Assembly: GCA_036172245.1 (NCBI GenBank)
Contig: JAYWIR010000028.1
Span: 682,001 to 746,000, forward strand
Direction of reading: 5' to 3'
DNA from: Raillietiella orientalis
Lineage: Eukaryota
DNA length: 64,000 nucleotides
Below, piece after piece: positions 38,101 through 51,082 of the stretch. The position numbers and the translations under genes are program-made. Within the stretch, counting starts at the first letter, position 1, and every line of letters begins with the position of its first letter. The notes beneath the pieces are model-generated. The model did no database searches. It had not been told where the DNA came from and saw only the letters and a list, made by a program, of their open reading frames with translations.

Positions 38101-41100
38101 TGACTTTTGCTTCGACGCATGAATTCCAAATCCCACAAACACTCATTCCTTATCCCCTGGAACCTGCTAATTATCATTCGGAAGCGGAAATATCACAAGG
38201 AGATCCTTAGGACTCGGGACAATGAGCAGCAAGGTATCTTCCAACAAAGTCCCTGTGCTCTAACAGCACTGATACTTCACAGCTGGGAGCATTCCTTCTG
38301 CGACAGGATTCGTGGAAGACATCAGCAGGCAGAGATCCATGAGGTTCATCTCTTCCTTCAAAACGACAGTGGACAAACGAAGAGAATTCATTGCCCGCTC
38401 TTCTCTACCCGATGGCCTACTGTTTGCTCTGTAGGCAAACTGCAGGTCTGAGGGAGCAAGAGAGGTAAAGCGACATACATCCCGTACTTTCCACGACTCT
38501 TTCACTTCCCTCTCCCCATTCTTTCGTCCTTCCTTCCTCTTTGCGTTTAAGAAAAAAGTCGGGAATAAGCAGAAGTGGAGACAGGGGGGTTTGCTCCATG
38601 GAAACGGGAGAAACCAGCAAATGCGACGTGCTTACTTTCCACCCCCTCGTAGCTATCCAGGTTAGAAGCTTCCAGACCTTTCCAGTTGTTCTGAGACAGG
38701 CACTGAGCACACGCTGCATCAAAGGAGAGCTCTCGGAGCTAGGGGTCCTTTCTCTGTCCTTCGACCCCCAGTCTAGAAGCTTAGATATCAATCCACCACG
38801 GATTCAGCATCCGCTATGACTAGAATTATCATCCTAAATTTCCATGGCGCCTCGTCGGTCTGCCAACGGTGTTAACGTTTTCGAGTCCTTCTGAAGGCAC
38901 AGGAGCTCGGTCAGGGAAAGAGAAAGTCTGGGGTATCACTAGGATGGAACATGAATTGGTAGAGCTTCTGAAGCGGGAGGTAGGAGTGCTATCGAGAAAT
39001 TATCGAGTTCAGTTAGAGGGGAAGCCCCTATAGGATGTGAACTTCGGATCATCGAATGGTCCAAAAGAGTAAAATCGCATGGCAAGTGGGAGGGAATTTA
39101 CTGATCTGAGAGGGAACGGGAACAGTGATTTCGTGGATGGCCCTAAAGGGATTGGAAGTGTTCCAAAAGGAAGATCTTCCTAGTCTGGAGTCGAAAGAGA
39201 GGAACAAACTTGGGAGATGATGATGAATTAATGGAAAGACGGAAAGCACCGGCGGCAACTCAAACCAGGAGGAGTTCCTTCAGAGCTCTTTGGCAATGAA
39301 GTGTACGAAATGAAAAAAACACCGGTGGCTCTCGTACACAGTTATATACGAAGACCAGCTTGCGACGAAATTCAAGGAAACACTTGACTAGCTCTAGGAT
39401 CTAGAGAAAGACTGATCATCCGTCTTGAAAACGTTCTGCATCTTTATGCATGCGGAAGCAAGGTGCTCGTCAAGAGCGTCCCACCAGTAGATCAATAAAA
39501 CAGTAACGATGTATCCGTGGTCTTTCCTTCCGCTTGCACTGCACACTTGAATTTCCGCCTGCTACTTTACTGCCTGCTGCTTCCAGATAGGATTTCTGTG
39601 CTCGTACCCCCCGCACCATCAAGCGGAATCACCTGGAGCGCGCATGCGCGCTTCAGCTGATACGACGGTGCACACGGATCCGGCAACCCGCACGATTCTA
39701 TCTTGAACAGAATGCTAAAACACGCTCTTACGTGAACAAGATCTGGCAAACTGACTGGGACATCCGCTGGACTCGGAGGAGCATTGGGTTCCCCAGATGC
39801 TCACTTGCCCATCGACAAGGGTAATGAAGATAGAAGGAAAACTTCCTCCAGCAAAGTGACAAAAAAGAAAGAGCATTTACATTTCCTTTGGAAATAGAGC
39901 TTCTCGAATTCGTTTATTATTACTTTCCCGAGGTGTCATCCTGGGTGAGCATCATTCGGAACCTGAATTGCCGTTTGTGGAAGGGATCGTGCGCGGAGAC
40001 ATTTCTCTTCATGTGACTTCCACGAGAATTAGGATCCAATGCTTAGCGATTTTGCTGACCACCGTTATGAAACGGAGAAGCCTACACTGCTAGCTGGAGT
40101 GCACGCGTTCTTTGCCCGCTCTTCTCCAAGAAAGCACTCCATCTTAACAAATCTTCCAACGTCTACGGAATGGCAAACAACGATCTGGCACTCTTTTACC
40201 AGGCGACCTGAAGTGTGTGTTCCTTCTAGCGGTCTTCGAACGCCTACCTCCACAGCACTGTCCACGAAAAGATCAGGCACAGGAAATGAAAACCTACCTG
40301 GGCAATTTCCGCTGAATATGGAATTCTCTGGATCCTCACTGTACTTTAGAGAAGAACATACTGCAGTGGGGTTTCGCGAGACATCAAGCAGCAATTTTTC
40401 AACGGGAGCGCGTGCGCCTTTTATGATTCCGTTTTGGGGGTACCTCTCCAACAGAAGATTAGTCATGTACGCCATTCGAGCTTCCTTTCAGGAAAATAGA
40501 GTGCTCGACTAGAACGAGAAATTTCAATCGCAAGCTAAATGGGTTCCCCTTAATCTTCCCTGGTACTCTGGAGCAATCCGATCCTGTTGGACCTTCTGCG
40601 AGGCGCGAATCCGGCTGGCCGACCCCGGTTCAGCATTCAAAATTTCGATGTTCCGGTTGCGTTCCTTCTTCTTCCTGGAATTCCGATGTCGAAAAAGTTT
40701 TCCGTGACTTCCCATAGGTCATCCCCAAAGCCGAAGTAAAACCGTCGGCGCCTCAGACTGTGGTGAGCGCAGCATTGGTAAGTCACTCACCACTGTGAGA
40801 GCGCTCTTGCAATGAGGCAAGCAGAATTCAAGTCATTTCGAAAAGAGGAGTAAAAGAATTCTGAAAAAATGCCTCGAATGAAAACAGAATGTGAAACGAA
40901 CAACGGAAATGAAATTGGAAAAAGATGAGACATGTTCTCGAGAGAAAATGCTCGGTTTCAGAGGAATCTGGGACGAAAAATGAATGAAACCTCAGCTGAA
41001 GCAACACGCGATTTCACCTCCAGCTCCGAGTCCCATCTTAGATCAGTTTCTCTGCTTGTAATCGCTGGCACTGAAGAAAATTCGCCGTTCGTCAGATAAA

Positions 41101-44100
41101 CTGTGATTAATGGAATTATGGATACCAAAACAACTCCGCTGCCATCGTTTCCCATTTTGGGTCCCCCAAAATCAATCTGCTCCTTCCCTCTTGGACGCTG
41201 GGGTTGAAACCAGTCATGGATGAACAAGCGGTCACCAGCCCAGTTCCTTTTCGTCCCACTCCCCTAAAATTGGTTTTGATTTTCGATCGACTTGAGACGG
41301 TACTCTTGTTCTTGTCCTGCCATTACGTGCTACGAACAAAATTTTTTTGCAACATACTATCGTGTTGTTAGCATCCGAGTACTTTCCTCTTTTTTCCATC
41401 ATCCGCGATGGATTTGGATTCTTCATCATGAAGCACATCTGGCCAACTCAGCCAAAGGATGTTCGTGAAGTCGTGCATTCCTTTCGAAAGATGGCCGTTT
41501 CAGCCGATGCCCCGATGGCACTCGAGTTGAAAAATCAGCTGCTTTTCCTCGATTTCGATGACCGAGGGAATCACGCGAATGAGAAGATCAGTGGGAAGTC
41601 GGACTCTTTCTCCATCTCCATGGCTATCTCACTCCTACGTGTGGCGTGCTCCCTCCCTGCCTCCGGAGCCGGATTGGGGAATGCAAAAGACCCAGGTTCC
41701 TTGCAGTTGCTCACTACGTGAACTGCCTGCACTTGAAATGCTAAGAGGGCCGTAATGAGAAGACTAAAGGTCCATGGGATTTTTCAGCTGTCCCTTTGTG
41801 ACAGGAGCTCACCGCGCCAATCCCTTTCCCCATCTGTTCCTGCAGATATTGTGGAAACATCCAGCTTCATAAATAAATTACATGGAATGTCATGGTAGTG
41901 CGGAGCTGTCAGATAAATGAAAAAAAAGGGGACTTTTAATTGCACCTGCAAGGAGCGGTCCCTCGGTATGGGAAAAGTCATTAGGGCATATCCTCAATCG
42001 CTGTGTACTCAACTTTCTGCGCGTAAAATCATGTTGAGAAGGAGAGACAAAAAGGTGGGGAAGGGAGCGAATTCCCGCCATCCTCTTCACCGAGCTCCTC
42101 CTCTGATTTTAGCAGGTTTTCTCCCATCACGACCTATCTGACGCGAGCGATACGCACCTTCGGAGCAACGATGGTCGGGCACGCCCATCCTTTTCTGATG
42201 CGCACTCCGCCTGATCTGCGGAAGGCTTCCATTCTCTCGACACTTCGTCGTCGTTTCTCGGATCAGTCTCACGATCTAGGGCTCTCGCTAACCCTGCGAT
42301 AGAAGGCAGGGATAGAGGCGTAGAGAGTAAGTCCTCTGCACTTACTCGCCTGCTTCTGACTTTCCTTTTCCAGCGCTGTCGATGCATGCGCGTAAGAATA
42401 GTAAGGATGTCATGGTAGGGCACACCCTATCTCCCACGAGCAATTCGATGACAGCAGAACGCGTTTCATCAGGACCTGCCACCTCCCCCGGTTCACTGAG
42501 AATTGTCTGTCGAGGTACGTTTATGATGCGGATGCCGAAAAATGTGTCACCTGAGAGGCGAAAAGCACTTCAATCCGAAAATACAAAGAGTCGAAGGGAA
42601 GCTGAGCTCGAATGGGTGCTCTGCACATTTTAGTGACCCAAACTCTCAGGGTTTTGATCCAGTCCTGGATCATGACTTTCTTACCTCTGCATTTACATTT
42701 CCCTGAGCGTGACGCACGCAAGGACCAGGGCGAGTCGCAGAAAATGCAGCGCAGGAGAATGGAGCTGAGGACAATGCCAGAAGTCCTTTCGACAAATTGA
42801 GGTTTACGGCGGCAATTCTCCTTCCTTCCTTTCTTCACAAAGGAATTTTTTTCAAGGGGAAAAACAAGATGGCAGTAGGATGAAGGAATGACCACACCAG
42901 CTCTGTGACCTGGTCAGAAGCAATCCAGTATGAGTAGACGAAATTTGGACCCCCGCACCGCGCGCCAGACACCAGTGGCATCATCACCGTGGCAACCCCA
43001 TGGGTGCTCCTACGGGCGACCGCAGAAGGGCAAGGATTGGCACACTCGAAAGCAAGGAAGAAGCAGGTGGCCTGAGACACGAAGCGACCATTCAATGCGG
43101 ACGCTTCAGTCACTCTGGAGTCACCAGAGGACGTTCTGGAATGGGGTGCGCGAAAGGACGAGGAGTGCACCATCACTCACCCCATGAAGCAGCAATACTG
43201 ACTTGTTCTGAAAGCATGTGAACACCATTGGGGTGTTAATAGGCATCGCATCTACACCACGTACACATAGATGACGTTCTGTGTGCAAGTGTATACCATG
43301 CCTTGCAATTACATTTGCATTCTCTCCTAATGAGGACGTGGGGACTTTCCCCCTCCACAAAAGAGGCATCATATCTCCGAATGATGAACTCTTCAATCAA
43401 ATCGAGAATCGAACTGGATGAAATAGATGTCAGTCTAGCAGAGTTCACTCCCATTCTTTCCAAAGAATCGAAATCTGCATTCACGCAAGAGAGAACAGGA
43501 CCGCAGCCTGAATTTTCCAAAAAACAGCCGGAATATCATGTTTTGGGGGTTTCTGATGAGAAAGTATGTCGAAGAGAAGGGGGGATTTTAAGAATCACAT
43601 TCAAAGGCTCGTTGCATTGAATGTCGAGCAGATGTCGTTTCCAGAGAGACCATTCGTATAGCACAAATGAGACGGTGAATGGAATGATCCGAAAGATCAA
43701 TCCCTGGGAATGCCCCACAGTGAATCCCATTATGAATCGATGGAAGGCTTGCTACAGACACGAATTCAAGGATAAGTGGAACTCCTGGAAGATCTCTGCT
43801 GGATAAAAACACCAGTGACCTGTTCGGTCGAACTATAAAAGATCCAGGTTTCGCGTCACCCGCAGCGCTTCACTGGTTGGTAGGAGCTGCGTGGAGAAGC
43901 ACAGCACGAGCGTTTGAGCATCTCAAGGAAGGGAGTGCTAACCGTGAGGGAACGTCTTCCCAAACGGCGACTACCGCTTGGAGGAACTACGATGCGTGAC
44001 TCCAGGAGGCAGTCAGCTCCTGAGTGCATCGCTGGGGCCAGTCTGGAGTTTCTACGTCCCACCGACTACCCAGGAAGATTGTATTTGGGCGGATGCCCGA

Positions 44101-44929
44101 TGCAAACCGAAGAAGTCGGTCTTATCCACGGTCTCTTCCTTAACGGAAGCTCTGCCGTTCATGCAGGAGAAAAGAGACGACTGTCAACAAGTGAGTTCTC
44201 TTTTTTTTTATTGGAAAAGGCAGTAGAGTTTACAGAAAGAATCCTCGCGAGAAATGAGAGAAATTTCAGAATTGCAGAATGCTAGAAACGATTACCTTCA
44301 GTTTCCTAAGTCTCCACAATCTTGCAGATGAAGTGGTGGTAGCTCAGGATTTCCCTGTTTGTGAGTTGCGTACGTTCGGTAACCCATCCTTGGGTATCGT
44401 TGGATCTCCTGGGAGCATTGTATCAACATAAAAAGTGCCCCATGCCATCACCGTTTTGGCTGTTCTCGACTCGCATCCTTTCCATTTTGACTTTCTTTAG
44501 GACCTCGTCATTGTTCCAGGCCCCAAGCCCCTACAACGATGGCTCACATCGATGTGGGGAAGTTTTTCCGACAATCCACAAACCGCAAAGTACCATTGCA
44601 AAGAAGGTGACAGGAAGCAGGGAGCGGACCAACTCAGGTTGTGATTCTTTCTCTATCAGGAAAAGCCATGCTTCTCTGCGTTGGAATTCACAACTCATTA
44701 GTTCCTTCCAGCTGAGCACTGCTCTGCTAAGAGGAAGTACTGTGCCCATCACTCTCCTCCTGTTTTTCGAACAGTGTCCTTCAAGTGAGAGCATGCGACG
44801 TTGCTCTTCGTACGCTTCGTGAACTGAGGCTGCATTGCAGAGAAAACCATCATCATTTACACCTGGTGAGGGGCCTCAACGTTTGCTGAATTGATCCTCT
44901 CTTATAAGTCGAATTGTCATTTGATGACC

Positions 44930-45460
44930 AGGTCATCTGAAACATGGTTTAAACGGTTCATCCAGTAGGTGTTTCTACTGTATCCTGTTTTAGGGAGGAT
45001 TCAAATTTCCTCATGAGATTGGTGTACGATTTGCAGATCATGAAGTGTTCGATCGTTGGTTTTTCCCACAATCCTGGTGACCCCGCAAGAATTACTCTCA
45101 CTGACGCTGTGATCCCCTCGGAAGACATCTGGGAAACAACGCCACCATATTGACTCTCCTTGTTCTCTCCGAGACAGTCCGAATGCTTCCAGGGTGTCAT
45201 CGAAGGAATATCCCAAGTCCAGAATCACAGTCGAAATCACTTCGCAACGAAAGATCCAGGAGCAGTTTGCGAATCGGCACCTAGCATTTCCCGTCTTCGA
45301 GAGCCGAATTCCCATTTTCCCCTTAGGGGATTTTGTTGACAATTGCATGTTGCAGTTGTATGGGCAGACGAGTGCCTCTGGCAGTAGTGACTTATGCTGT
45401 GCAGTAATGTCTCCTCTTACGCCGTACATGTGTGGCACGCCCGATCTTTATCTTGTCTTC
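44930..45460 (-). mobile_element. Decayed Utopia/NeSL-like RLE C-terminus
   Basis: PHMYG...TAQHKSL (PHV...RH-like), VILDLGYSFDDTLEAFGLSR (IIDVxxPFDNxxEAFxxAR-like), VRVILAGSPGLW (VGSLGxW-like) and CKSYTNLMRK...DTV (YxxLMRKL..SDT-like), spread over two frames. Confidence 0.65.
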
Positions 45461-48400
45461 TAGCCTGTCCTTCCATTTATGAATATGTAGTCCGAAAATT
45501 GTAAAAAGGTTCCAGAAAACAGGAATTGGAATGGTATGTCATGTAGTTCCATGTAGGACGTGTGTGACTCTTCTGAATACGGAGTTTTCCTGCCTCTTTG
45601 TGCAGGACCCCTCGCACTGAACGCAACGCTCGTCATCATGCTCCTGCTACTAGTAGTTGTCCCGGACAATCAGCTGCAATGGAAAAGAAGGATGGAAAAG
45701 GATCCTACATCTGCCAAACCGGAGCAAAAGGATCCAAATCTCACAGGGGGCAGAAGCAGAGGGAGTGGAGGATGGGGAAGAGAAATAAGTAAATAAATAA
45801 ACAGGAAGTGAGATGAACAAGAGTCCCGGGGGGCTGCGTCGAATAGGGGTAGGAGAGCAAGCAAAATCGCTGGTTTGGAGCTGGTCCAAGAAAGTTTTCG
45901 AGCCAGCAAGTAGGCAAAAGTGGCACCGCTATGCATCCGTGAGCAGAAACGCTCCTCCTCCAAGAGGTCTCTGATGCTGGTGTCAGCGAGGATGGAGCCC
46001 ATTGGAGCGAAAGAGGTTCAGCCATAATGAACGACCTTTCGCTGTGGAGTGTACTGTCTCTGTGATGAGACCGTGGTGCGGGTTGCTGCATGTAACGCAG
46101 ACACCGCAGACAGCTCCCAGATCGTCTCTCTGCCGCCACCTCCCTAGAGTTGCTCCACCCGGCTGTCATGAGGATAAAACAGGGATCATATGAGAAGTGT
46201 CACTGAAAGCCGCTGAGGAAACCGAGATGTCCAGTGGACATTTCGAGGTCAAGGATGGAAACTACCAAGTCTTCGCCTTGGGGAGTATCTCGTGCGATCC
46301 TTCCAACGTTCCCCTGCTCTCTCCGCAGCAGGTGCGGTGGTTAAGAGCAGGCAGAAGGAGGGGGGAGAGGAAGGAAGGAAAAGTCCCTTCAGTTAGTTTA
46401 TTGGAGGATCCTTGGATCTAAAACGCGGGAGACAAACCATAGATGTTCTGCCGATGGGCTCTTCTTGAAGAGAGAAAACCCATTTCGAAAAGAGATTGAT
46501 CCTGAGAAGAGCCGTCGCGGATCCGCTCCCAACGCTGATTCTCCTGCTCCAGATTTGTCTCTTCATCTCTCCTGGAGGTTTCTGTTTGAATTATGGTCAC
46601 TCGGGAGTGAGAGGGACTAATGAAAAATCAACCGTGGCCCTCTGGATGGATCAGGAACGAGAGGCTCAAGGTGAGGATGGAACGCGTGACGGGAAGGGTG
46701 GAGACTTCCAAAGACCAAGAAGATCTGGCACTCTCTAAGGCCACCATCTGGACGATTGCGAAAAGAAAAAGCGGTTAGGAAGCAGGAGAGCACGAAGGGA
46801 AGGATGTTTTGCCCTTGGACTGCTCATAGGAGGAGGTCTAATGTCAGAATCCGGGATCAAGTACAAGGAACGCGCATGGGAAGCGGTTTCTGCTGCAATG
46901 CATCTCATCCTGAGTGAGCCAGGAAGGGAGTAGAAGAAATAGTGAGAAGGGGGGGAAGCAAAGCGAATTTCTGCAGGACTGGGGGTTTCGGTGGCGAGCA
47001 AAGAGCCGTGGAATCCATCAATCTCTGGCACGGAGCAATCCGGGGAGGTTGGCAGCTTCCCTGCAGCCAACATCCGCGAGAACTCCCTCATTAATTATTT
47101 AGGGGTTTGAGTCCCTGGTCATCAGAGAGGGTGGGTGGAGCCTCAGAGTCGAAACCTCCCAGGCGCTACGACGCCCTCCTTCCCTCAGCTGCGCATCCTC
47201 GTCCGAAAGTCCCCCACGGTCCATCCTGGAATATCTTCGAGCCAGCAAGGAAGGACACAGCTCGCGTGGAAGAGGAAGAAGGAGGGGGGACTGCGCACGC
47301 AGTCTTTCCAGGGTGGTGCCGCCGAATTACGCTGCTTCCATTGCGTGGCGTTCCGGCCCCCTCGAGGGAGAGGTCCCTCTGCGAGCACAACGCCATCCTC
47401 TTCCGTCGCGGTGTGCGAGGGATCGGAAGGGGGTGAAGAGTTAGGGACGTTTGCACGACGGAGGGGGAGGAAGGCAGAATTGGCTGCTTTTCTTTCTTCC
47501 CTCCGAAAGAAAGATGACCCTTGGGAATGGTGCTCCCTCCTTCACCCTCTGGGAAGGCAAGGGAACGGCTCCAAGGAACTAGAGACGGTTCTCCTCGGTT
47601 TCTAAGACACGCGGACCAGTCAGAGACGGAGGAGAAGGGGGTAAGGTTATCCTTCTGTTCAACACAAACTCCTTTCTCGCCCTTAGAAAGTCTGCTTTTG
47701 GTCCGGTATCGGGAAGGTAGGAGGACGAGGTGCAGGATGGCATGCAGGTCTCCCTCTCCAGATTTCAGTTCTTCTCTTTCTTTCCTTTTCCCTTTTCCGT
47801 CTCAGCCTGAACCTGAGCCGCAGGTGCTATGCCGAAATCTTCCGGACTGTCTACGGTTGCGCGTCCCCCTTGCAATCCCCTACTCGCCTCCCCTGCCCTC
47901 GGATGCTTCCCGCCCCTTCGTTTTCTTCTGGAATGTGGAGACCCATAGTGGACGGGATGACTCCATTCATGACTCCTTTGGATGGACAAACGACCGAGAC
48001 TCGCGAAGGTCAAGGGAGCTGCAGGGACAGGGGGACCCACCAAGCATACAGTTCCGGAGAAAGACGGTGCAGAAGCACATGCTCCTTCCCGGAAGCGCGG
48101 TCCTCTCTCGAGACATCAACCCTGAACTTTCGGTGGCTCACCCATCCCGGGAGTGGTAGTGTCCGGAAGTGGAGCTCAAGAGCTTTACTGAGGGGGCGGG
48201 GCCTCGCCTTCCCCAAACAACTCGTGGTGGGACGATGAGGAAGGAGAGCCAGGAATCGGTTTCCTTCCTAAGAACGAGACTGTCCGCTTCGAGAGCTCCC
48301 GCCGCTTTCCCTGTTTGCCGGGAACGCTTGGGACCCGGCTTCAGGCGTTTTTGAGGTTCCGAGCTCTCCATGACCCCATTTCTCCTTCTTTCTCCCCCCA

Positions 48401-48699
48401 TCCCAACCCCTCTCTGAACGGCAGGGAGGAAGGGCGCTCCCAGGAGGTCGATCGGAGCGGAAATTCAACATCGCTCTTTCAGGTGGAGCAAGGACGCACC
48501 GGGAAGGAAAACAGGAGCTCCCAGGAGTCTGCGGACCCCTCCTTGGAGTTCCCTGGACGGATGGGTGAAGACTCACTCTACCGCTTGTGGACATCTGAAG
48601 CCGCGAACTCCCCCATTCGCACCCCTCAGGCAGCGATAATACGGGAATCCTAGGTAGGAGACACGAAGGTCCCGGAAAGCAAAGACGGTACTTTCCCTT

Positions 48700-50520
48700 C
48701 CCTGAAGATGGAAGATTCAGTCCACGGAGTTCCAGACGTTTGCCGTTGTCAAGGAAACCCTCCTCGCTTCGGTGTCTTTTGTCCGGGAGTCAGCAGGAAT
48801 TCGTGGGACTCCAATGCCCCTTCCTGCCATCTCGAAGGTTCCGGAGCAGGAGCAATGCTGGCTGCGCTTTCTCACAGGAGCTTCAGTGAACCTCTGACGG
48901 TAGAAGACCAGCCTTGCAGGAGAGGCCCCCAGGGCACGGAAGGCGGTGTCTTGCCGAGGAAAACTCTTTCGTGGAAGGGCGAACATGCAATCGTATCGGC
49001 CCGAACACAGCGACGGGTCCAAGGAGGGGTCACATCCGGTCGGGAGGCACTCGGAAAAAACAGGAACCACGAGGAGGAAGTGGCACGTACGCTTCCGGGA
49101 GAGGAGGCTGTCGCCTCCACGCTCCGTTTCTGTGGGGTACCGTGCCTCTCCTGTCTTTCGCCCACCTCACACGATTGCGCTCGTCGGCAGTCTCCACTTG
49201 CGAGAGCTCACTCGTCCCACTTCGCGCGAGCGAGCGCCTTCTCAAAGAGCGGCACCGAGACCCACAATGTGCAGGTTTGCACATGGGCCGCGAGATGGCA
49301 GAGGCGGGCGCTGTTTTTTGATGTGCAGCAGCAGCACGTGGGTGCAAGTTGGAGGGAATTTGAGAGAGGGAGGAACGAGAACGGTAATAGTGTAGAAGTG
49401 GAGAAGGAGGAAAAATGTGGGAAAAATGGCACTCTGACTAAGATACCTTTGAGGAGGCGAGCGGTTCCCTCCAGACACTACCTGGGAACGGTGCAGTACT
49501 TGGTGAGGGACAGGAGAGACATTTAGCAGAGAGCGGCACCAAGGAAAGAGTCCTCTCCCACCAGAATGGCTATCGAAGACTCATTCCCAGGATTCCACGA
49601 ACTTTCCTCTTTCTTTGCTTTTCTTTGGGGGGGAGGACAAACCAACTGCATGCCGGGATAAGGTGAAGGCACGTGAGAGAAACAGTTAGTTCCGCGCACC
49701 ACTATTTTACACTATTCCTCCTCAACGAATTCTGCTCTACTTGCTTTTCCTCCTACGTTCCCTCCGCCTTGTTCCAGACCAGAAGAAACTAAGAGGTTCT
49801 GTACTTTGCAGAAGATGGAGAACAAACAAAAAGGAGTGGACGCGAGCTATCAACACAGCATGATCGTGGCCCGTATCACAGCCTCCTCTTCTGCAAGGCT
49901 TCCTCCTCCAGCATGCCGATGGGGAAAAAGAAAAACTGCATGATGGAAAGAGAGGAGAAGTTTAGGCCCGGTAAGATTCTAGGCGATGGGCATGCCAGAC
50001 AGCCCATATCCTAGAAAAGAGCCAAAACCAAAAGATGAGAACAGGGAAGGTAAATAAACTGAAATGGAAAGATCCCAAGATATCCTAACGCTGTCGACCT
50101 CCTTTTTTCTGTTCACCTGGACATGGAAAAAAAGTTTGCAAACGTCCAGCACATCCTGCTGTACTCATGGCAACGCAGGTGACATCTCGGGTGCCAGAAT
50201 ATCCTTCGCGCCGTTCGGGCCTAGTTTGAGGAGACCGACTCCTTTGCCGAGTCTCATCACGAGGATGCATAAAGGCCCCAGCACGATGCTGCTGGTTGCA
50301 TAACCAGCATTACTGGAGCCATCATTCGCTCCCAGAAGAGTCTTCAGCAGCTCGCCACATCGATGTGGATCCACAATTCCTCATCCAGACGGAGGCACAA
50401 AATCGGGCCCTTCAGGGGTGCTCCACGCTCACTGCGGTGCACCAGGTTACACTGCATCACAGCAAAGCTGCCCCCATTCTTCTTAAGCAAAGGAGACATG
50501 CCGTGCTTAAAGGGCATTTT
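48700..50520 (+). mobile_element. Probable 5' part of a decayed non-LTR retrotransposon, ending at RT motif 1
   Basis: Cys/His-containing ORF 48708-49526 (CLSC...H...HNVQVCTW), then STIPHPDGGTKSGPSGVL (SAPGPDG...DPxG-like, ~50370) and APILLK/KGD (~50470-50497). Similarity stops where the AT-rich island begins. Confidence 0.4.
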
Positions 50521-51021
50521 GTCAAGTATGACGAGGGTTAAAAGCAAATACACCCCTCCAAACTAAGACAAATCGTTAGCCACTTATTAACAAATTGTCC
50601 TGCGAGAGCAAACCCCTACCTAATAAAAAGCAAACTCAAAGAGCACATGAATCCCGAAAAACAAAAACAATCACAGCTTATGTCTAAAATCAAGACGAAC
50701 CATCAGTCAACAGCATCCGAAATCCTAAAGCATCCCAATAGGCAACGATCAAAAACACAGCATAAAAAAAAACACAACACCATTAAAAAACACAAAACCA
50801 AATTCCTAGAACAGAAAAAAAAACGAAAAGCGGAAAAGAAATTTCAAATACATCAATTCAAAGCATACAAGACCACGTCATAAACGCACACGCCACCAAT
50901 AAAAGCTACCACAATTCTTCAAACACAAAACACTTAACCACAACATCAAACCAATAACAAAAAAAGGAGACATAACATCAACAACCAAAACAATACAAAA
51001 AACCAAAAAACAATCAAACCA

Positions 51022-51027
51022 TTTATT
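51022..51027 (-). promoter_or_regulatory. Candidate polyadenylation signal of the mucin gene
   Basis: AATAAA on the minus strand 55 nt after the TGA at 51083, followed by a long GT/T-rich tract (ggtttgattgttttttggtttttt...). Confidence 0.55.
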
Positions 51028-51082
51028 TCTTCAGAAAATAAATGCACAATCAGAATCAAAATAAAAGACAAGAAATCTCAGC

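Noticed and set aside
50647..50883. 78-aa Lys/His-rich plus-strand ORF
   Set aside because: A by-product of the A/C-rich low-complexity tract downstream of the mucin gene.
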